From: Takakia lepidozioides
Lineage: Eukaryota; Plantae; Bryophyta
Length of the DNA stretch: 64,000 nt
Assembly (NCBI GenBank): GCA_030704615.1
Contig: CM060732.1
Coordinates: forward strand, 3,410,001 to 3,474,000
Reading direction: 5' to 3'
The notes beneath the pieces were generated by a model, which was given only the letters and a program-made list of their open reading frames with translations, did not search any database and was not told the origin of the DNA. Both the position numbers and the translations under genes were made by a program. This document shows, one piece after another, positions 1 to 9,404 of this stretch (position 1 is its first letter; the number at the start of each line of letters is the position of its first letter).

Positions 1-616
1 TCCTGACTCGTTACGAGCCAGCCACTCTCAAGCATTTTTATCATTTCATTTTTTTAATTTTTTTTAATTTTTAAGACTACAGATCAGCTGAAAGCAGGTA
101 ATACGTACACTGCTAACTCTCAGCTCACCTTGCACTCACCTGACTGCACATCATATTTATGCTTCCATCTCTTTCATCTCTTTGCTGCCACTAAGCTTCA
201 TACAAACACAAGTGTTCTTAACACATTGTCTATCTAGCCTAGCACTAAAAAGACTAGACGTGATCTCTCTTGAGTGATATGAAAACTAAACTCACACTGT
301 CTCTGTTGACACAAAACACGAAATAGAATACAATCACTCGTCAAAAATAAGAGTCGAGCCAGGGGCACCCCAAGCTATGGGGACTCCACCCCACAACATC
401 CTACTCTCCCTCCATAAGTACACTCAGATGCTAAGCAGCGAGGGAGCTCGGTCGTGCAGACTCAACTCAAGAGAGATGAGCCGCACGACTGACGAGCTCA
501 TGAAGATAAGATGGTTCAGGTGTCAAGCTAAACTTGACACCTGACTTAACACTTGAACTAATTCCAAGTGTTAAATACAAATAATTAGATTTATTCTAGT
601 TAGTTTCACACTGTGT

Positions 617-1100
617 TTATTTAACTTGACACTCCTTATATTGTTTTTGAGCTTCTGCTAGGTGGAATGTAAGCTCCTTGTGAATCGTAGCAAGATGAGT
701 AGCAAGGTTTTCTGCAGCAGGGCTTCCAACAGTCTTCATGTGGAAAGGGTTTGCTCGAGGATGATGGCCATAATTGGAGAAAAATGCAGTTTGCTTGGTC
801 GAAGAATATATAGTGTTGTTGTAGGCAAACTCAGCTAATGGCAGAAGGTCCGTCCAATTATCTTGGTGATAATTTATCATACTGTGAAGATACTACTCCA
901 AAATTTGGTTTACGCGTTCGGTTTGACCATCAGTCTATGGATGATTAGCTGTAGAGATGTTGATCTTAGTATCCAATATGTGAAATAATCCCCTCTAGAA
1001 ATTTGATATGAACTGTGGTCCTCGGTCGGAAGTCCATGAATGTCGTAGATATTATTGAGGAAGATGTCGTGCGCATACATATCGCTACACAACTACATCG
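617..1100 (-). mobile_element. Degenerate Ty3/gypsy integrase-core fragment (frameshifted)
   Basis: Translations FLNNIY..HGLP and ..QTERVNQIL..YL..INYHQDNWTDLLPLAEFAYNN are typical of the gypsy rve core. The reading frame is broken across ORFs 910-1092 and 617-880. Confidence 0.85.
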
Positions 1101-1135
1101 TTGTCCAGAACCACACAACACATGTGCACACCAAA

Positions 1136-1237
1136 CACTAGTCTACCACTAGTCTACCACTAGTGCACCACTAGGCTGCCACTAGCCACCGCTAGTGCAG
1201 TTACTAGTCCACCACTAGGCTACCACTAGTCCATCAC
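1136..1237. repeat. Degenerate 11-bp minisatellite (CACTAGTCTAC-like, ~9 units)
   Basis: Direct reading: cactagtctac cactagtctac cactagtgcac cactaggctgc cactagccac... Confidence 0.8.
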
Positions 1238-1519
1238 AATCGCCCCCCTAGCTGGCGCTTAGGTCCTTCTAAGTCCAGGTAGCCACAAGATGTGATAGTG
1301 GCCATAGCCTCACTAAGTCCTCCACCACTGTCCCTACTATACTCAAACTCGATAGATCAAGAGGAGGGGTACAAGCGTTGCCCCATCATTAGTCGTCATC
1401 TTGCAACCTGTGAACTTGAGCCTAGGATCTCGTATATTGACTCCGATGAGCTTGGCCCCACATGTCTTGTTAGCTGCCACTAGTTATATCCACTGCCACT
1501 ATCCCAAGCAGTGTGTACA

Positions 1520-3844
1520 TAACCAATCTCCATCAGGCCTCCACACATGCCGTTGAGAGGTGATGCAGTTTCTCCAACTGCATGGTTGGCTGCATGGCCC
1601 GAGAATAGTGTTTTGAAATCTCGGGGATGAAGTCCTTTCCAAGTGTCGGATCTGCAATGGCCACCAGCTTCACAAGCTTTGACTTGTATTTGGTTCTGGA
1701 CTTGACCCCGACTTCCTTCAAGTGCTCAGTCAATGACTACAACATTTTTAATTGCCCCTCATTTTCCATGAAGAAGCGTTTGGCATGGGCCAAATCCAGC
1801 TTGATGTTTGACTGCCAAGAAAAACATGCAGAAGCATTACATTCGATCCATGTGGAAAGGTGACTGGAAATTGGGGAAGGATGAGCAGAGGAAAATGGGA
1901 GGATGACTTACTTCGTATATCACCTCCACCATTCCATCCATAGTGAGGCGATACCATGTCCAGTCTGTTTTTGCCACGACTTTTTGAATAAGCTCGGGCT
2001 CCAGCATTTCGGCGAACATGTGTGGGTCAGTGAGACCAGTTTTCCTCACCCTGTACAACATATGTGCCATGTGGATATGCACGTAAGCATTTTCAGTGAC
2101 CCTGCAAGGCACACTCTCTAGTTCAGTCCACTGAAGCACGGAAACAAAACTGATTGGAAACCGAAATGCGGCACCGCATTTCAGATGTGCTTGGGAGGGT
2201 ATGAGAATCTTACAAGTTGAGGTCCGCCATGGCATCCTTGAGTAGGGAGGAGACTGCCGCCTTCAACTTGAGGATGACACACTCCACCATGTAATGTCAG
2301 CCAATATGCTTGGCATGGTTCTGCTTGATGTACTCCCACCAGGCAAGAAGTTGGTGATTCTTGTCCCACACAAATAATATTTTGCCCGACATATGGCCGA
2401 AGTCTGGATCACCCTTCAACATTGGCTCGAATTTGTCGTTGAGAGTGTGCCAGTGGGTATCCCATGCTAACAATTCATCCGCAGTGGGTCCACGAGTTTC
2501 GCCGTCCTCATTCTCAATGGAAACGTAGAAGGTTGGCGAACCAAGACGGTACCCTTCTTGAAATGCGAACTTGAGCTTATCCACATCTCCTGGAAGAGCC
2601 TGCCTGACGATGGGAAAGGAGACCATGTGACAGAGTGGAATTCAAAGAGTCCGCTGGAATACCCTGCTGCCCAGAACTCTACCAATGCTACTGTGTGTCT
2701 CCTCCAACATTGTATCCGCTGCACTTTGGAATTCCTCCAGAGACATTTCTGTAGGTGGCGGTAGGGGCTGAGCAGCTGGAGCATCCCCAACTACAACTGC
2801 ACTCTGGGGAATCTTTGCGGGCAATTCTCGCATTGCAGAGGCCTCCTCCGGGCCTGCAGTATTCTGAAGTTCTTCCTCAACGGTGGTGAAGTCCTGCTGC
2901 GAACGTTGAGCAGTAGCACCCTCCTCCACTGATAGATCGACGAGATCGGTGGATCCCGTTGTCTTCGCTGCAGCAAAGACGCCCCTAACATCACCTGCCT
3001 GGAAATCAAGCAAGAACTGGGCTTCAGCTCGTGGAATCGGTTTTGCGGGAGACTGCTCCGCCCTACCCCTGATTGCCTTCTGCTTCTTGATTCTTGCAGG
3101 TGAAGGTGTCTGCTGCATTTGAATCTGCATTGCACCCTTCTGCTTCATTCTCTTTGGGGGGGGGGGGGGGGAACGGCCTGGTCCGGTTCAGAAACCAGTT
3201 CAAGGACAGGCTGCTTCTTCTTTGTCTTACTGGAGAAGGGCCCGACCCCTACTGACGATTCTCCATGACCTTCAAACGCGAGTCTTTCTCTGGGGCTTTG
3301 AATTGCCAAGACTTGCCTTTCCAAGCCGCGTCCTTGTAACGCACAGGGCTAGGCCCGGCAGGAAGACCCGTGCTCGTGGATCGGTTGGGTGTGCGTGCTG
3401 CAGCTAGCTCCACGGATTCTTCCAGCGGCTCTTTGGATTCCTGCGATTCCTCCACCACCTCTACCTTTTGAGTTAGGCATGGAAACATCTTCTGAATTCA
3501 AGTGTCCTATCATACAGTCAAAGAATTGCACAACGAAAATGAGGGAGGGTTTTGCTGCTCAATCAGCTGCGCGCATCCCGATAGCACGGAGCTCTCATTG
3601 GGGGCTGGGTTGCCTACGTTGCCTGCTGCTGCGAGATGACCATCTCCTCCTGAAGACGCATCTGCTTCCTACCCTTCAGCATTGGCCTACGTCCGAAGTG
3701 CAACTTGCAGAGCTTGCGACGATGTCTCTTCTCTGGTGCACGAACTCCGTCCCTCTCAGGTTGGAGCATAAGAAGAACAAAGACACGGAAAAGGGGCGAA
3801 GAGTGTAGATGGAAAGGGCGCGAGAGGGGTGACTGAGTAGACAC
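1520..3844 (-). pseudogene. Spliced pseudogene encoding a ParB/Sulfiredoxin-like domain protein with a low-complexity N-terminus (second gene of the composite element)
   Basis: ORFs 2642-3148 and 2297-2626 are in one frame, separated by TGA (probably from CGA), giving ...IPLCHMVSFPIVRQALPGDVDKLKFAFQEGYRLGSPTFYVS...KILFVWDKNHQLLAWW. This resembles the ParB/Srx pattern R..L..G..P..V...DGNHRL.A. The codons GAC AAG AAT CAC CAA are three G>A transitions from D-G-N-H-R. The frame continues through TGA (probably from TGG) to DAMADLN. A GT-AG intron at 2213-2103 joins in phase to VTENAYVH..., and coding-like remnants continue to ~1520. The 5' limit is uncertain. Confidence 0.6.
2163..2182. repeat. 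Solitary copy of the element palindrome, inside the intron of the ParB-like gene
   Basis: gaaatgcgg-ca-ccgcatttc. Confidence 0.9.
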
Positions 3845-4037
3845 GACAAAAGAAGATGAAACGGCGGTGCTGCACCACTTGGGTTCGAAAGGCTGGGATG
3901 AAAGTGACTCCTCGCGGACTATGCGTCATTACGAAATTCGAAACGTCAAAGATACGCTTGCCGTCCGCCAAACAAACATCATTAACCAATGGTCAGGCCG
4001 CGCCGCCTCCTGCCACTGCAGCCAGCATGAGTGCAGA

Positions 4038-5172
4038 CATGAAAATGCGGTGCCGCATTTCCGTTGGTCCACGTGTTCATATATCATGGCATTTGCGTCC
4101 CAACCTCTCATGAGTTAGAGTGAAAACGGAAATGCGGCGCCGTTTTCCGTTAAGGAAGCTTCGAGTTGCATCCCAAACGGACATGCGGTTTCATGCCTGA
4201 CATGCAAAATGGAAATGCGGCACCGCATTTCCGTTCTGGAGAGTATAAACACCGCATTTCCGTCTTATAGCTGCATGCCTGAGATGCAAAACAGAAATGC
4301 GGCGCCGCATTTCCGTTCTGGAAAGTCAGAAGGTACGACTCGAAATGCGGTGCCGCATTTCAGTTGCAGTGTTTCATGATTTACAATCAGAACGGAAATG
4401 CGGTGCAATGCGGCACCGCATTTCCATTCTGGAGAGTATAAAGGTTTCAGCTGGACGGAAATGCGGTGCCGCATTTCCGTTGCACTGCTGCATGCCTTAG
4501 ATGAAAAACGGAAATGCGGCGCCGCATTTCCGTTCTGGAAAGTCGGAAGGTACGACACGGACGGAAGTGCGGTGCCGCATTTCCATTCTGGAAAGTAGAA
4601 AGGATTCCCCTGGACGGAAATGCGGTGTCGCATTTCCGTTGCACTGTTTGTTTTCTTACATGCATAACGGAAATGCGGTGCCGCCTTTCCGTTGCATTGT
4701 TACAGGCCTTGCATGTTGGACAGAAATGAGTAGCCGCATTCCCGTTCTTGAAAATACAAAGGTTCACCTCGGACGGAAATGCGGTGCCACATTCTCGTCC
4801 AACAGCAATCGAAAGTAGCAGACCGGACGGAAAGGCGGAACCGCATTTCCGTCCTCTGGATTCCATTGAAAGAGCCCAGACGGAAATGCGGCACCACATT
4901 TCCATTCCTGCCTATCCAATGTGTCCCAGTCGATGAAAATGCGCTGTTGCTATTCTTTTATACCGTGTCTTCCTGGTCCCAGTCGACCAAAATGCGATAC
5001 CGCATTTCCGTTCCAGCATGTGCCTGCTTGTACAGTGGACTGAAATGTGGTACCGCATTTCCGTTGCACCAGTAGTTTGGTTTCCCCGTTGACGGAAATG
5101 CGGTGCCGCATTTCCGATCATAATCACCGAGAGGATGATGTCGAACTGGAATGCGGGACCGCATTCCCGTTC
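4038..5172. repeat. Repeat-spacer array: ~20 copies of a 28-bp palindrome with 25-bp variable spacers, 53-bp period
   Basis: Palindrome centres at 4051, 4138, 4221, 4303 and 4351 are irregular, with deletions. Centres at 4414, 4467, 4520, 4573, 4626, 4679, 4732, 4785, 4839, 4892, 4945, 4998, 5051, 5104 and 5157 have a 53-bp period (one 54). Consensus (G/A)ACGGAAATGCGG-(CG/TG/CA)-CCGCATTTCCGTT. Confidence 0.95.
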
Positions 5173-5695
5173 AGCCATGTGCAATAGGATGCATTGTTCC
5201 AAAACAACACAATTGCGGCCTGTCTTAATGAGCACAACTTGGTTGTCTAACCATTTTAACTAATAGTCCTGGCACTTGTCAGTGCGAACGTTCATGTCTG
5301 CACCGAGAATATTGCTGGATCCACCCTCAGGAGAAACTGTCAGGAGATGTTATTTCGTCGTCGAATCAGCCATCATTGTCATACTTACTGGATATGGAAT
5401 TACACCTCCCACCTTCATGCATGTAGCTTGAAACATTCTTTTCCACTTCAATGTGCAACTTCCAATCGTGGATGGCCTCCGCAGTTCCAATTACGTGGTG
5501 CTTGTGAGCCTTGGTCTGTCGCTATAGTGAACCTCGCACTTGCCAACTTCGTGCGGTGTTCGATGGCTCCGAATTCCTACGCTTTAGTTTGATGTCCTCC
5601 GCAACTTGGGATAGCCTGGATCCCAAACGAGGGAGGACTTTGCAGAGTGACTGAAACTTACCTTTGTTCCAAATTCAAGCTCAAACCGGGCATAG

Positions 5696-8600
5696 TTGGA
5701 AGAAGAAAGGAAGGATGTTCCTGGACAGGTTGACGAGACCATGGTCGTGCTAGGTAACGACGGAGGTTGCGGAATCGAGTGGCACGTACCCCCATCAGAC
5801 ACCATCTTGTACCGAGATGTGGGAATGCCCATTCCCTTTCCAAATCAGTTGCTTCCGACACCATCCACAAAGGAGTCGGGAAACCGACAGGCGGCCACTG
5901 CCAACAGAGAGGTATGCAACGATAATCATTCCCGACCTGGACCGTCAAGACGCTCCATAGCTTCTCGTGTGGAGGTATTCGACATTTCCGACGAGGAAGA
6001 TGAGTGCATTGAGGTCCCCGTGTCCTCCACAAGGTCGTTCAAATCCGACATGGACGTCTCTGCAGGTGCTACGCATGTACCCTCGAGCATAACTCCAACC
6101 CGGTCCATTGTGCAGCTCCTACGGCAACATCACCTCGATGGATCTCGCTCCGAGCTGGCTGCTCTCGACTATGCCAAATTTCCAGTCAGGAAGGTAACGT
6201 ATCTGCCTCCCGAAGTCGATGGCAATGTCATCTTTGAGTTTCCACCTATTACTTCGTCAAACAAAGCCTCAGGGATGTTAACAGACATGGATCGAAAGCA
6301 TGATGGACACCCCTCGTGTGTGACGAAGACCAGTAGCACGAAAATTACTGATGGTGTTCGTGTACGATACGTCCTCTGTGCGGGGAAGCTGAGGTGCCTC
6401 ACTCTCGCCTACTTCCACTTTCTCTCCAGAGGAGGGCGGAGAAACAAGACGGATTGGACTGGCACAACCCATCATCCATTCATTGTCTCCACTCAAGCTC
6501 ATGCGGGTACTTTCAAGTGCGCACATTGCAAAGAACCACCAACGTGCATGTCCATGTGCAGAGCCAAGCAATATTATGTAATCCATTTGCTCCCAGACTT
6601 GACTAGAGCTTGCATACACGTTGGGGTCCACTGCCACCCCTTGGCGAGAGGCAACATCCGGGAGGCTGTGCAGGAAGCACACGACATCATAAAAGAGGAG
6701 GTGAAATTGAGCCCCGGAGCCAGACCAAAGCAGATTCAGCTCAAGGCAGCCCACAATATTGCTCTTGGCAAAATCATGTCTGAAGATGGTTCAGACCGAG
6801 TGCCCTTGAACGAAGAGGAGATGCTTGACCTGTTGGAGTCTGTCTCGCACGTTTGTAGTCCAAATGTGCGGAATCACATCATATCTTGCAAGCAGGCATT
6901 CGGCCGGGGGTCGGACATGCACTCAATCCTGGAGGTGAAACGAAGGATTGGATTTGATTACATCCAAGGTAGCAGATTTCCGGGGCAAGGCAACGAATCC
7001 GATCGTTGTTACATTTTTAAAATGTCAACGTGTGGGCCTGGGAGTGGAGTCGACTTGGTCACTCGCATGACAACTGGAAACTTGTCGAATGCTTGGGTGA
7101 TGTTTGACCACATGCGAATCACAAACCATCAGTGGGTGACTATGGGTGCGCATGTTTATGACCATCACTCCAAGAGGCTCATGATGATTGCAATCTGCGA
7201 GATGAAAGGGGATGACACACAGTCGGAGATGCATCTGTGGGAGGGCATAAATGAGCAGATGGCAAGGGCGGGTTTGCCAGAGCCCAATTTCAGGGGATTC
7301 ATGGCAGACAACGCTCAGGCCAACTGGGCAGCGGTGCGGCGTGCGTACGGTGAGGACCCCAATGTTCCAATGGAGGGGAAAGAGAGATCCTGTGGATTCC
7401 ATTGGATGCAGAGTCTATCTCACTACACTACCAAATTTGTTGCTAGCTCATTCCAAGCTGAACACCGTGTCCTTTGTACGGTGTGGAAGGATGCACCCAC
7501 ATTTGATGACGCGGAGGTTAAGTTTGCTATTGAGGCTTGGTGGAACACGTCAGGTGTAGTGGAGACAACCAATCTGGGAGCCTTGCACAACTGGTTGGCA
7601 TTTCCGGTATCGACAGTTCGGACAGTACATGCAAGAGGTATGATGCCAGACTTTTCCTGCAATTGTCGTTCTATTACGGACCTTTCCATTTTTCCCTCAC
7701 CATTGTTTCTGTCCTTGTAGGAGCGGTGCCTGGATTCCGACATAGACATGCCAAACAGGGAGGAATTGTTGGTACAAACAGCTTCGAGGTCCAAGAATCC
7801 ACTGAAATGGGCGACAACATTGCGAGAGAAGATCAAAGGGACGCCTCTGCACCGCAAAGGTGAATACCTAGAGGGGGACGTCCGTACTCGCCCTGTGAGG
7901 CGGAGGATTGAAGAGGAACCCGGGTGCGAAGAGGATTCCTGGAGATCCGACAGGAACATTCGGACAACACCTCGAGGTCCCGTCATGTTGCCGCACAATG
8001 TGTCTTCTAGCAATGGAAGCCCAAGAGTTTCCAGATCGCCATCGCCTTCAAGCGGGGATTCTGTGCGAGAAATTCCCACCGCTCGCTTGCCCCAGATTCC
8101 GCCCGCTGTTATGCAGTATGGCCAACCCATTGTGGAGACGACTGTGTCTGCGTCACATTGGAGAATTGCTTGCACAAGGTCGAGGCAGGTGTTCCGCAAT
8201 TCAAGTGGATACATGACAACGTTGATTAGAGATGATAAGGAGGAATGCAGATGGGGCTGTCCCTGCTCCTACTTTTACAGGAAGATTTGTCCATGCAAAG
8301 TTTGCGGAGGCGACAACTACCCAGTTCTGGTTCTGCAGGCACGACATTTATGACTTGCATGTATGGAAAGCCCAAGTACGGCATATAAACAATGCCAGAG
8401 GCTCCTCCGGTGTGGCCGGTGGGACCAGGATGCGATCTGAGTCAGGGTGAGGCTGACGCCCTTACTGCCGCAGGATTTTGGATGGTGCAGCGCACTGACG
8501 TCCCTAGACAACCATTTCCGCTTCCACAGCCTCCACCACCGACCCCTGTGAGAGCAAGAACAATGGGACGCGACAACTCTAAGCATCCTACACACCGTTG

Positions 8601-8960
8601 GGGGAAACCGAAGAGGCGGCGACCTCCCTCAAAAGTGAACGAGACAAGGATGGGGAATGCACTTCGGATGAACTGTACAATCCAGAGCTCAACAGAAGTG
8701 CCCCTACCAGGCTTCAAGCGTGTGTATCAGATGGCCACGACAGGCTCAGCTGTCCGTAATGAGGTGTACACCATCACCATTTCAGAATTACCCACCTGCA
8801 ATTGCACCGACTTCCAGATCATGGCGAACAAGGGGGCATCATACTGCCCTTGCAAGCATCTGTACTACGTGTACCTAAAGAGACTCCGGTGTAATTCCAC
8901 AACTCATCACTTCATACATGCACAGGGTTGAGCCCCCAAGAGGTGTACACTCTTCTGAAT
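5696..8960 (+). mobile_element. Mutator-like (MULE) DDE transposase with an N-terminal WRKY/GCM-type Zn finger and a C-terminal SWIM finger; disrupted
   Basis: Zn-finger pattern C-x-G-x-L-x-C...C-x2-C...C-x-A...H-x-G-x-H-x-H-P. Catalytic-type motifs WVMFDHM and FMADNAQAN, plus the MULE CxxH motif (SCGFHW). Frameshift near 7600 (the frame resumes FRYRQFGQYMQE). GT-AG intron at 7638-7720. SWIM motif YTITISELPT-CNC-...-CKH-LYYV in ORF 8392-8931. Confidence 0.8.
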
Positions 8961-9245
8961 ATGGATCCAGGGGACCAGTGAGCTTGGCTTGCGGGCCACA
9001 ACACAATGTTATGCCCATCCTTTTCGGAGTTTCCGTTATAGTAGAACTGTACTGCTGCAAGTACCTCTGACTCTGGCCACAGACATGTTCGACTTATGTC
9101 TTGCCTACCAGTAACTTGTTTTGTTCGAACTAAGATAATACTATGTCATTCACTTCTGTTTCCACGTGCTTGTATTTTTGTTTGTTGGAGGGTTCATGTT
9201 TTTCTGCTCTCCCAAACTTTGCTTTCCTCATTCGACCCCCGGCAA

Positions 9246-9404
9246 GGAAATGCGGCGCCGCATTTCCAAGTAACATTGTAGGTACTGGTAGTTGCGGCCT
9301 TCGTCATAGCAAGATAGTCGCACCCAGCCTTCAGGGAGCCGACCGTCGCCAACACCGAACCCCCCATAAATTTTGCACGTGCGAACCCTAATGCGGCACC
9401 GCAT
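9246..9404. repeat. Two further copies of the element palindrome downstream of the transposase
   Basis: ggaaatgcgg-cg-ccgcatttcc at 9246-9267 and atgcgg-ca-ccgcat at 9391-9404; half sites near 9684 and 9761. Confidence 0.85.

Noticed and set aside
4038-5172. Bona fide prokaryotic CRISPR array
   Set aside because: There are no cas genes, the context is eukaryotic with spliced genes, and many spacers are related to each other. It is kept only as CRISPR-like architecture.
4265-5235. Many overlapping ORFs (RKCGAAFP / EMRRRIS / GNAAPHF peptides)
   Set aside because: These are artefacts of translating a palindromic repeat with a period not divisible by three; they appear in all six frames.
7423-8214. 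263-aa minus-strand ORF
   Set aside because: It is an antisense shadow of the transposase gene with no motifs.
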